DNA from: Auanema rhodensis
Lineage: Eukaryota > Animalia > Nematoda
Assembly: GCA_964057225.1 (NCBI GenBank)
Contig: OZ059896.1
Location: forward strand, 18,662,001-18,726,000
Direction of reading: 5' to 3'
Length of the DNA stretch: 64,000 nt
A model generated the notes under the pieces. The model saw nothing but the letters and a program-made list of their open reading frames with translations, did not search any database and had not been told where the DNA came from. Positions 1 through 12,230 of this stretch are shown here, one piece after another. Each line of letters begins with the position of its first letter. The stretch's first letter is position 1. A program made the translations under genes and the position numbers.

Positions 1-54
1 AGTGAGTTACTGGGTTGGGTTATACAAATTGTCTAATTAGAATGCGATTTACAT

Positions 55-127
55 GGCCTTGTGGCCTAATGGATAAGGCGTCGGACTTCGGATCCGAAGA
101 TTGTAGTTTCGAGTCCTGCCAGGGTCG
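55..127 (+). tRNA. tRNA-Arg(TCG), G53T variant (B-box/T-stem damaged)
   Basis: GGCCTTG-TG-GCCT-AATGGATA-AGGC-G-TCGGA-CTTCGGA-TCCGA-AGATT-GTAGT-TTCGAGT-CCTGC-CAGGGTC-G. T at 107 replaces the conserved G53. Confidence 0.85.
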
Positions 128-130
128 TTA

Positions 131-136
131 TTTTTT
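131..136 (+). terminator. Pol III oligo-T terminator (recurs after each tRNA)
   Basis: TTTTTT 3 nt downstream of the discriminator base in nearly every unit. Confidence 0.9.
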
Positions 137-432
137 GTTTCAAAAAAATCATTACCTGATAGTTTACATGTTTTATTCTGTATTATCTCATACAATTGAA
201 AAAAATACTAGCAGTAAAACAAATGCAGTGATATTATTCTCGAGAATGTTCCTATTCAGAGTGAGAAAATATCTACAATTTCCCGAAGGTTTTCTCATAA
301 GGTACTAAAATAAAAGTATTATTTCATATTATTATTTTTTCAGACCTAGAATCGATAAAAAAAAATCAACTACATTTTAGTGAGTTACTGGGTTGGGTTA
401 TACAAATTGTCTAATTAGAATGCGATTTACAT

Positions 433-505
433 GGCCTTGTGGCCTAATGGATAAGGCGTCGGACTTCGGATCCGAAGATTGTAGGTTCGAGTCCTGCCAG
501 GGTCG
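433..505 (+). tRNA. tRNA-Arg(TCG), consensus copy (representative of most units)
   Basis: Full cloverleaf: acceptor GGCCTTG/CAGGGTC, D stem GCCT/AGGC, anticodon stem TCGGA/TCCGA with loop CT-TCG-GA, T stem GTAGG/CCTGC with loop TTCGAGT. A and B boxes intact; no encoded CCA (eukaryotic type). Confidence 0.97.
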
Positions 506-3500
506 TTATTTTTTGTTTCAAAACAATCATTACTCGATAGTTTACATGTTTTATTCTATATTATCTCATACAATTGAAAAAAATACTAGCAATAAAACAA
601 ATGCAGTGATAATATTCTCGAAAATGTTCCTATTCAGAGTGAGAAAGTATCAAAAATTTCTCAAAGGTTTTCTCATAAGGTACTAAAATAAAAGTATTAT
701 TTCATATTATTATTTTTTCAGACCTAGAATCGATAAAAAAAATCAACTACATTTTATTCAGTTACTGGGTTGGGTTATACAAATTGTCTAATTAGAATGC
801 GATTTACATGGCCTTGTGGCCTAATGGATAAGGCGTCGGACTTCGGATCCGAAGATTGTAGGTTCGAGTCCTGCCAGGGTCGTTATTTTTTGTTTTAAAA
901 AAATCATTACTCGATAGTTTACATGTTTTATGCTGTATTATCTCATACAATTGAAAAAAATACTAGCAATAAAACAAATGCAGTGATAATATTCTCGAAA
1001 ATGTTCCTATTCAGAGTGAGAAAATATCTACAATTTCCCGAAGATTTTCTCATAAGGTACTAAAATAAAAGTATTATTTCATATTATTATTTTTTCAGAC
1101 CTAAATCGATAAAAAAAAATCAACTACATTTTAGTGAGTTACTGGGTTGGGTTATACAAATTGTCTAATTAGAATGCGATTTAAATGGCCTTGTGGCCTA
1201 ATGGATAAGGCGTCGGACTTCGGATCCGAAGATTGTAGTTTCGAGTCCTGCCAGGGTCGTTATTTTTTGTTTCAAAAAAATCATTACCTGATAGTTTACA
1301 TGTTTTATTCTGTTTTATCTCATACAATTGAAAAAAATACTAGCAGTAAAACAAATGCAGTGATATTATTCTCGAGAATGTTCCTATTCAGAGTGAGAAA
1401 ATATCTACAATTTCCCGAAGGTTTTCTCATAAGGTACTAAAATAAAAGTATTATTTCATATTATTATTTTTTCAGACCTAGAATCGATAAAAAAAAATCA
1501 ACTACATTTTAGTGAGTTACTGGGTTGGGTTATACAAATTGTCTAATTAGAATGCGATTTACATGGCCTTGTGGCCTAATGGATAAGGCGTCGGACTTCG
1601 GATCCGAAGATTGTAGGTTCGAGTCCTGCCAGGGTCGTTATTTTTTGTTTTAAAAAAATCATTACTCGATAGTTTACATGTTTTATGCTGTATTATCTCA
1701 TACAATTGAAAAAACTACTAGCAATAAAACAAATGCAGTGATAATATTCTCGAAAATGTTCCTATTCAGAGTGAGAAAGTATCAAAAGTTTCCCAAAGGT
1801 TTTCTCATAAGGTACTAAAATAAAAGTATTATTTCATATTATTATTTTTTCAGACCTAGAATCGATAAAAAAAAATCAACTACATTTTAGTGAGTTACTG
1901 GGTTGGGTTATACAAATTGTCTAATTTGAATGCGATTTAAATGGCCTTGTGGCCTAATGGATAAGGCGTCGGACTTCGGATCCGAAGATTGTAGGTTCGA
2001 GTCCTGCCAGGGTCGTTATTTTTTGTTTCAAAACAATCATTACCTGATAGTTTACATGTTTTATTCTATATTATCTCATACAATTGAAAAAAAATACTAT
2101 CAGTAAAACAAATGCAGTGATAATATTCTCGAAAATGTTCCTATTCAGAGTGAGAAAGTATCAAAAATTTCTCAAAGGTTTTCTCATAAGGTACTAAAAT
2201 AAAAGTATTATTTCATATTATTATTTTTTCAGACCTAGAATCGATAAAAAAAATCAACTACATTTTATTGAGTTACTGGGTTGGGTTATACAAATTGTCT
2301 AATTAGAATGCGATTTACATGGCCTTGTGGCCTAATGGATAAGGCGTCGGACTTCGGATCCGAAGATTGTAGGTTCGAGTCCTGCCAGGGTCGTTATTTT
2401 TTGTTTTAAAAAAATCATTACTCGATAGTTTACATGTTTTATGCTGTATTATCTCATACAATTGAAAAAAATACTAGCAATAAAACAAATGCAGTGATAA
2501 TATTCTCGAAAATGTTCCTATTCAGAGTGAGAAAGTATCAAAATTTTCCCAAAGGTTTTCTCATAAGGTACTAAAATAAAAGTATTATTTCATATTATTA
2601 TTTTTTCAGACCTAGAATCGATAAAAAAAAATCAACTACATTTTAGTGAGTTACTGGGTTGGGTTATACAAATTGTCTAATTTGAATGCGATTTAAATGG
2701 CCTTGTGGCCTAATGGATAAGGCGTCGGACTTCGGATCCGAAGATTGTAGGTTCGAGTCCTGCCAGGGTCGTTATTTTTTGTTTCAAAACAATCATTACC
2801 TGATAGTTTACATGTTTTATTCTATATTATCTCATACAATTGAAAAAAAATACTATCAGTAAAACAAATGCAGTGATAATATTCTCGAAAATGTTCCTAT
2901 TCAGAGTGAGAAAGTATCAAAAATTTCTCAAAGGTTTTCTCATAAGGTACTAAAATAAAAGTATTATTTCATATTATTATTTTTTCAGACCTAGAATCGA
3001 TAAAAAAAATCAACTACATTTTATTGAGTTACTGGGTTGGGTTATACAAATTGTCTAATTAGAATGCGATTTACATGGCCTTGTGGCCTAATGGATAAGG
3101 CGTCGGACTTCGGATCCGAAGATTGTAGGTTCGAGTCCTGCCAGGGTCGTTATTTTTTGTTTTAAAAAAATCATTACTCGATAGTTTACATGTTTTATGC
3201 TGTATTATCTCATACAATTGAAAAAAATACTAGCAATAAAACAAATGCAATGATAATATTCTCGAAAATGTTCCTATTCAGAGTGAGAAAATATCTACAA
3301 TTTCCCGAAGGTTTTCTCATAAGGTACTAAAATAAAAGTATTATTCCATATTATTATTTTTTCAGACCTAAATCGATAAAAAAAAATCAACTACATTTTA
3401 GTGAGTTACTGGGTTGGGTTATACAAATTGTCTAATTACAATGCGATTTAAATGGCCTTGAGGCCTAATGGATAAGGCGTCGGACTTCGGATCCGAAGAT

Positions 3501-6500
3501 TGTAGTTTCGAGTCCTGCCAGGGTCGTTATTTTTTGTTTCAAAAAAATCATTACCTGATAGTTTACATGTTTTATTCTGTATTATCTCATACAATTGAAA
3601 AAAATACTAGCAGTAAAACAAATGCAGTGATATTATTCTCGAGAATGTTCCTATTCAGAGTGAGAAAATATCTACAATTTCCCGAAGGTTTTCTCATAAG
3701 GTACTAAAATAAAAGTATTATTTCATATTATTATTTTTTCAGACCTAGAATCGATAAAAAAAAATCAACTACATTTTAGTGAGTTACTGGGTTGGGTTAT
3801 ACAAATTGTCTAATTAGAATGCGATTTACATGGCCTTGTGGCCTAATGGATAAGGCGTCGGACTTCGGATCCGAAGATTGTAGGTTCGAGTCCTGCCAGG
3901 GTCGTTATTTTTTGTTTTAAAAAAATCATTACTCGATAGTTTACATGTTTTATGCTGTATTATCTCATACAATTGAAAAAAATACTAGCAATAAAACAAA
4001 TGCAGTGATAATATTCTCGAAAATGTTCCTATTCAGAGTGAGAAAATATCTACAATTTCCCGAAGGTTTTCTCATAAGGTACTAAAATAAAAGTATTATT
4101 TCATATTATTATTTTTTCAGACCTAGAATCGATAAAAAAAAATCAACTACATTTTAGTGAGTTACTGGGTTGGGTTATACAAATTGTCTAATTTGAATGC
4201 GATTTAAATGGCCTTGTGGCCTAATGGATAAGGCGTCGGACTTCGGATCCGAAGATTGTAGGTTCGAGTCCTGCCAGGGTCGTTATTTTTTTTTGTTTCA
4301 AAACAATCATTACCTGATAGTTCACATGTTTTATTCTATATTATCTCATACAATTGAAAAAAATACTAGCAGTAAAACAAATGCAGTGATAATATTCTCG
4401 AAAATGTTCCTATTCAGAGTGAGAAAGTATCAAAAATTTCCCAAAGGTTTTCTCATAAGGTACTAAAATAAAAGTATTATTTCATATTATTATTTTTTCA
4501 GACCTAGAATCGATAAAAAAAAATCAACTACATTTTAGTGAGTTACTGGGTTGGGTTATACAAATTGTCTAATTAGAATGCGATTTACATGGCCTTGTGG
4601 CCTAATGGATAAGGCGTCGGACTTCGGATCCGAAGATTGTAGGTTCGAGTCCTGCCAGGGTCGTTATTTTTTGTTTTAAAAAAATCATTACCTGATAGTT
4701 TACATGTTTTATGCTGTATTATCTCATACAATTGAAAAAAATACTAGCAATAAAACAAATGCAGTGATAATATTCTCGAAAATGTTCCTATTCAGAGTGA
4801 GAAAATATCTACAATTTCCCGAAGGTTTTCTCATAAGGTACTAAAATAAAAGTATTATTTCATATTATTATTTTTTCAGACCTAGAATCGATAAAAAAAA
4901 ATCAACTACATTTTAGTGAGTTACTGGGTTGGGTTATACAAATTGTCTAATTAGAATGCGATTTACATGGCCTTGTGGCCTAATGGATAAGGCGTCGGAC
5001 TTCGGATCCGAAGATTGTAGGTTCGAGTCCTGCCAGGGTCGTTATTTTTTGTTTTAAAAAAATCATTACTCGATAGTTTACATGTTTTATGCTGTATTAT
5101 CTCATACAATTGAAAAAAATACTAGCAATAAAACAAATGCAGTGATAATATTCTCGAAAATGTTCCTATTCAGAGTGAGAAAGTATCAAAATTTTCCCAA
5201 AGGTTTTCTCATAAGGTACTAAAATAAAAGTATTATTTCATATTATTATTTTTTCAGACCTAGAATCGATAAAAAAAAATCAACTACATTTTATTGAGTT
5301 ACTGGGTTGGGTTATACAAATTGTCTAATTAGAATGCGATTTACATGGCCTTGTGGCCTAATGGATAAGGCGTCGGACTTCGGATCCGAAGATTGTAGGT
5401 TCGAGTCCTGCCAGGGTCGTTATTTTTTGTTTTAAAAAAATCATTACTCGATAGTTTACATGTTTTATGCTGTATTATCTCATACAATTGAAAAAAATAC
5501 TAGCAATAAAACAAATGCAATGATAATATTCTCGAAAATGTTCCTATTCAGAGTGAGAAAATATCTACAATTTCCCGAAGGTTTTCTCATAAGGTACTAA
5601 AATAAAAGTATTATTCCATATTATTATTTTTTCAGACCTAAATCGATAAAAAAAAATCAACTACATTTTAGTGAGTTACTGGGTTGGGTTATACAAATTG
5701 TCTAATTACAATGCGATTTAAATGGCCTTGAGGCCTAATGGATAAGGCGTCGGACTTCGGATCCGAAGATTGTAGTTTCGAGTCCTGCCAGGGTCGTTAT
5801 TTTTTGTTTCAAAAAAATCATTACCTGATAGTTTACATGTTTTATTCTGTATTATCTCATACAATTGAAAAAAATACTAGCAGTAAAACAAATGCAGTGA
5901 TATTATTCTCGAGAATGTTCCTATTCAGAGTGAGAAAATATCTACAATTTCCCGAAGGTTTTCTCATAAGGTACTAAAATAAAAGTATTATTTCATATTA
6001 TTATTTTTTCAGACCTAGAATCGATAAAAAAAAATCAACTACATTTTAGTGAGTTACTGGGTTGGGTTATACAAATTGTCTAATTAGAATGCGATTTACA
6101 TGGCCTTGTGGCCTAATGGATAAGGCGTCGGACTTCGGATCCGAAGATTGTAGGTTCGAGTCCTGCCAGGGTCGTTATTTTTTGTTTTAAAAAAATCATT
6201 ACTCGATAGTTTACATGTTTTATGCTGTATTATCTCATACAATTGAAAAAAATACTAGCAATAAAACAAATGCAGTGATAATATTCTCGAAAATGTTCCT
6301 ATTCAGAGTGAGAAAATATCTACAATTTCCCGAAGGTTTTCTCATAAGGTACTAAAATAAAAGTATTATTTCATATTATTATTTTTTCAGACCTAGAATC
6401 GATAAAAAAAAATCAACTACATTTTAGTGAGTTACTGGGTTGGGTTATACAAATTGTCTAATTTGAATGCGATTTAAATGGCCTTGTGGCCTAATGGATA

Positions 6501-9500
6501 AGGCGTCGGACTTCGGATCCGAAGATTGTAGGTTCGAGTCCTGCCAGGGTCGTTATTTTTTTTTGTTTCAAAACAATCATTACCTGATAGTTCACATGTT
6601 TTATTCTATATTATCTCATACAATTGAAAAAAATACTAGCAGTAAAACAAATGCAGTGATAATATTCTCGAAAATGTTCCTATTCAGAGTGAGAAAGTAT
6701 CAAAAATTTCCCAAAGGTTTTCTCATAAGGTACTAAAATAAAAGTATTATTTCATATTATTATTTTTTCAGACCTAGAATCGATAAAAAAAAATCAACTA
6801 CATTTTAGTGAGTTACTGGGTTGGGTTATACAAATTGTCTAATTAGAATGCGATTTACATGGCCTTGTGGCCTAATGGATAAGGCGTCGGACTTCGGATC
6901 CGAAGATTGTAGGTTCGAGTCCTGCCAGGGTCGTTATTTTTTGTTTTAAAAAAATCATTACCTGATAGTTTACATGTTTTATGCTGTATTATCTCATACA
7001 ATTGAAAAAAATACTAGCAATAAAACAAATGCAGTGATAATATTCTCGAAAATGTTCCTATTCAGAGTGAGAAAATATCTACAATTTCCCGAAGGTTTTC
7101 TCATAAGGTACTAAAATAAAAGTATTATTTCATATTATTATTTTTTCAGACCTAGAATCGATAAAAAAAAATCAACTACATTTTAGTGAGTTACTGGGTT
7201 GGGTTATACAAATTGTCTAATTAGAATGCGATTTACATGGCCTTGTGGCCTAATGGATAAGGCGTCGGACTTCGGATCCGAAGATTGTAGGTTCGAGTCC
7301 TGCCAGGGTCGTTATTTTTTGTTTTAAAAAAATCATTACTCGATAGTTTACATGTTTTATGCTGTATTATCTCATACAATTGAAAAAAATACTAGCAATA
7401 AAACAAATGCAGTGATAATATTCTCGAAAATGTTCCTATTCAGAGTGAGAAAGTATCAAAATTTTCCCAAAGGTTTTCTCATAAGGTACTAAAATAAAAG
7501 TATTATTTCATATTATTATTTTTTCAGACCTAGAATCGATAAAAAAAAATCAACTACATTTTAGTGAGTTACTGGGTTGGGTTATACAAATTGTCTAATT
7601 TGAATGCGATTTAAATGGCCTTGTGGCCTAATGGATAAGGCGTCGGACTTCGGATCCGAAGATTGTAGGTTCGAGTCCTGCCAGGGTCGTTATTTTTTGT
7701 TTCAAAACAATCATTACCTGATAGTTTACATGTTTTATTCTATATTATCTCATACAATTGAAAAAAAATACTATCAGTAAAACAAATGCAGTGATAATAT
7801 TCTCGAAAATGTTCCTATTCAGAGTGAGAAAGTATCAAAAATTTCTCAAAGGTTTTCTCATAAGGTACTAAAATAAAAGTATTATTTCATATTATTATTT
7901 TTTCAGACCTAGAATCGATAAAAAAAATCAACTACATTTTATTGAGTTACTGGGTTGGGTTATACAAATTGTCTAATTAGAATGCGATTTACATGGCCTT
8001 GTGGCCTAATGGATAAGGCGTCGGACTTCGGATCCGAAGATTGTAGGTTCGAGTCCTGCCAGGGTCGTTATTTTTTGTTTTAAAAAAATCATTACTCGAT
8101 AGTTTACATGTTTTATGCTGTATTATCTCATACAATTGAAAAAAATACTAGCAATAAAACAAATGCAATGATAATATTCTCGAAAATGTTCCTATTCAGA
8201 GTGAGAAAATATCTACAATTTCCCGAAGGTTTTCTCATAAGGTACTAAAATAAAAGTATTATTCCATATTATTATTTTTTCAGACCTAAATCGATAAAAA
8301 AAAATCAACTACATTTTAGTGAGTTACTGGGTTGGGTTATACAAATTGTCTAATTACAATGCGATTTAAATGGCCTTGTGGCCTAATGGATAAGGCGTCG
8401 GACTTCGGATCCGAAGATTGTAGTTTCGAGTCCTGCCAGGGTCGTTATTTTTTGTTTCAAAAAAATCATTACCTGATAGTTTACATGTTTTATTCTGTAT
8501 TATCTCATACAATTGAAAAAAATACTAGCAGTAAAACAAATGCAGTGATATTATTCTCGAGAATGTTCCTATTCAGAGTGAGAAAATATCTACAATTTCC
8601 CGAAGGTTTTCTCATAAGGTACTAAAATAAAAGTATTATTTCATATTATTATTTTTTCAGACCTAGAATCGATAAAAAAAAATCAACTACATTTTAGTGA
8701 GTTACTGGGTTGGGTTATACAAATTGTCTAATTAGAATGCGATTTACATGGCCTTGTGGCCTAATGGATAAGGCGTCGGACTTCGGATCCGAAGATTGTA
8801 GGTTCGAGTCCTGCCAGGGTCGTTATTTTTTGTTTTAAAAAAATCATTACTCGATAGTTTACATGTTTTATGCTGTATTATCTCATACAATTGAAAAAAA
8901 TACTAGCAATAAAACAAATGCAGTGATAATATTCTCGAAAATGTTCCTATTCAGAGTGAGAAAATATCTACAATTTCCCGAAGGTTTTCTCATAAGGTAC
9001 TAAAATAAAAGTATTATTTCATATTATTATTTTTTCAGACCTAGAATCGATAAAAAAAAATCAACTACATTTTAGTGAGTTACTGGGTTGGGTTATACAA
9101 ATTGTCTAATTTGAATGCGATTTAAATGGCCTTGTGGCCTAATGGATAAGGCGTCGGACTTCGGATCCGAAGATTGTAGGTTCGAGTCCTGCCAGGGTCG
9201 TTATTTTTTTTTGTTTCAAAACAATCATTACCTGATAGTTCACATGTTTTATTCTATATTATATCATACAATTGAAAAAAATACTAGCAGTAAAACAAAT
9301 GCAGTGATAATATTCTCGAAAATGTTCCTATTCAGAGTGAGAAAGTATCAAAAATTTCCCAAAGGTTTTCTCATAAGGTACTAAAATAAAAGTATTATTT
9401 CATATTATTATTTTTTCAGACCTAGAATCGATAAAAAAAAATCAACTACATTTTAGTGAGTTACTGGGTTGGGTTATACAAATTGTCTAATTAGAATGCG

Positions 9501-11023
9501 ATTTACATGGCCTTGTGGCCTAATGGATAAGGCGTCGGACTTCGGATCCGAAGATTGTAGGTTCGAGTCCTGCCAGGGTCGTTATTTTTTGTTTTAAAAA
9601 AATCATTACTCGATAGTTTACATGTTTTATGCTGTATTATCTCATACAATTGAAAAAAATACTAGCAATAAAACAAATGCAGTGATAATATTCTCGAAAA
9701 TGTTCCTATTCAGAGTGAGAAAATATCTACAATTTCCCGAAGGTTTTCTCATAAGGTACTAAAATAAAAGTATTATTTCATATTATTATTTTTTCAGACC
9801 TAGAATCGATAAAAAAAAATCAACTACATTTTAGTGAGTTACTGGGTTGGGTTATACAAATTGTCTAATTAGAATGCGATTTACATGGCCTTGTGGCCTA
9901 ATGGATAAGGCGTCGGACTTCGGATCCGAAGATTGTAGGTTCGAGTCCTGCCAGGGTCGTTATTTTTTGTTTTAAAAAAATCATTACTCGATAGTTTACA
10001 TGTTTTATGCTGTATTATCTCATACAATTGAAAAAAATACTAGCAATAAAACAAATGCAGTGATAATATTCTCGAAAATGTTCCTATTCAGAGTGAGAAA
10101 ATATCTACAATTTCCCGAAGGTTTTCTCATAAGGTACTAAAATAAAAGTATTATTTCATATTATTATTTTTTCAGACCTAGAATCGATAAAAAAAAATCA
10201 ACTACATTTTAGTGAGTTACTGGGTTGGGTTATACAAATTGTCTAATTTGAATGCGATTTAAATGGCCTTGTGGCCTAATGGATAAGGCGTCGGACTTCG
10301 GATCCGAAGATTGTAGGTTCGAGTCCTGCCAGGGTCGTTATTTTTTTTTGTTTCAAAACAATCATTACCTGATAGTTCACATGTTTTATTCTATATTATA
10401 TCATACAATTGAAAAAAATACTAGCAGTAAAACAAATGCAGTGATAATATTCTCGAAAATGTTCCTATTCAGAGTGAGAAAGTATCAAAAATTTCCCAAA
10501 GGTTTTCTCATAAGGTACTAAAATAAAAGTATTATTTCATATTATTATTTTTTCAGACCTAGAATCGATAAAAAAAAATCAACTACATTTTAGTGAGTTA
10601 CTGGGTTGGGTTATACAAATTGTCTAATTAGAATGCGATTTACATGGCCTTGTGGCCTAATGGATAAGGCGTCGGACTTCGGATCCGAAGATTGTAGGTT
10701 CGAGTCCTGCCAGGGTCGTTATTTTTTGTTTTAAAAAAATCATTACTCGATAGTTTACATGTTTTATGCTGTATTATCTCATACAATTGAAAAAAATACT
10801 AGCAATAAAACAAATGCAGTGATAATATTCTCGAAAATGTTCCTATTCAGAGTGAGAAAATATCTACAATTTCCCGAAGGTTTTCTCATAAGGTACTAAA
10901 ATAAAAGTATTATTTCATATTATTATTTTTTCAGACCTAGAATCGATAAAAAAAAATCAACTACATTTTAGTGAGTTACTGGGTTGGGTTATATAAATTG
11001 TCTAATTTGAATGCGATTTAAAT

Positions 11024-11096
11024 GGCCTTGTGGCCTAATGGATAAGGCGTCGGACTTTGGATCCGAAGATTGTAGGTTCGAGTCCTGCCAGGGTCG
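11024..11096 (+). tRNA. Arg-body tRNA with TTG (Gln) anticodon
   Basis: Anticodon loop CT-TTG-GA at 11055-11061; rest of the gene is consensus. Confidence 0.8.
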
Positions 11097-12157
11097 TTAT
11101 TTTTTGTTTCAAAACAATCATTACCTGATAGTTTTTATGTTTTATTCTATATTATCTCATACAATTGAAAAAAATACTAGCAGTAAAACAAATGCAGTGA
11201 TAATATTCTCGAAAATGTTCCTATTCAGAGTGAGAAAGTATCAAAAATTTCCCAAAGGTTTTCTCATAAGGTACTAAAATAAAAGTATTATTTCATATTA
11301 TTATTTTTTCAGACCTAGAATCGATAAAAAAAAATCAACTACATTTTAGTGAGTTACTGGGTTGGGTTATACAAATTGTCTAATTAGAATGCGATTTACA
11401 TGGCCTTGTGGCCTAATGGATAAGGCGTCGGACTTCGGATCCGAAGATTGTAGGTTCGAGTCCTGCCAGGGTCGTTATTTTTTGTTTCAAAACAATCATT
11501 ACCTGATAGTTTACATGTTTTATTCTATATTATCTCATACAATTGAAAAAAATAATAGCAGTAAAACAAATGCAGTGTTAATATTCTTGAGAATGTTCCT
11601 ATTCAGAGTGAGAAAATATCTAAAATTTCTCAAAGGTTTTCTCATAAGGTACTAAAATAAAAGTATTATTTCATATTATTATTTTTTCAGACCTAGAATC
11701 GATAAAAAAAAATCAACTACATTTTAGTGAGTTACTGGGTTGGGTTATACAAATTGTCTAATTTGAATGCGATTTAAATGGCCTTGTGGCCTAATGGATA
11801 AGGCGTCGGACTTCGGATCCGAAGATTGTAGGTTCGAGTCCTGCCAGGGTCGTTATTTTTTGTTTCAAAACAATCATTACCTGATAGTTTACATGTTTTA
11901 TTCTATATTATCTCATACAATTGAAAAAAATACTAGCAGTAAAACAAATGCAGTGATAATATTCTCGAAAATGTTCCTATTCAGAGTGAGAAAGTATCAA
12001 AAATTTCCCAAAGGTTTTCTCATAAGGTACTAAAATAAAAGTATTATTTCATATTATTATTTTTTCAGACCTAGAATCGATAAAAAAAAATCAACTACAT
12101 TTTAGTGAGTTACTGGGTTGGGTTATACAAATTGTCTAATTTGAATGCGATTTACAT

Positions 12158-12230
12158 GGCCTTGTGGCCTAATGGATAAGGCGTCGGACTTTGGATCCGA
12201 AGATTGTAGGTTCGAGTCCTGCCAGGGTCG
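12158..12230 (+). tRNA. Arg-body tRNA with TTG (Gln) anticodon
   Basis: TTG at 12191-12193; rest consensus. Confidence 0.8.

Noticed and set aside
12-21. GGGTTGGGTT as a telomeric repeat or G-quadruplex
   Set aside because: Only two G-tracts per unit, and it does not match TTAGGC or TTAGGG.
15-308. Recurrent 62-97 aa ORFs (MGYTNCLIRMRF.WPCGLMDKASDFGSEDC...) in the array
   Set aside because: They read through the tRNA gene, often start at TTG, and are freely broken by stops and frameshifts among copies. This is a typical spurious tRNA translation.
335-343. TTTTTTCAG splice-acceptor-like and TTCnnGAA heat-shock-like motifs in the spacer
   Set aside because: Expected by chance in AT-rich DNA, multiplied only by the repeat; no exon or complete three-unit HSE.
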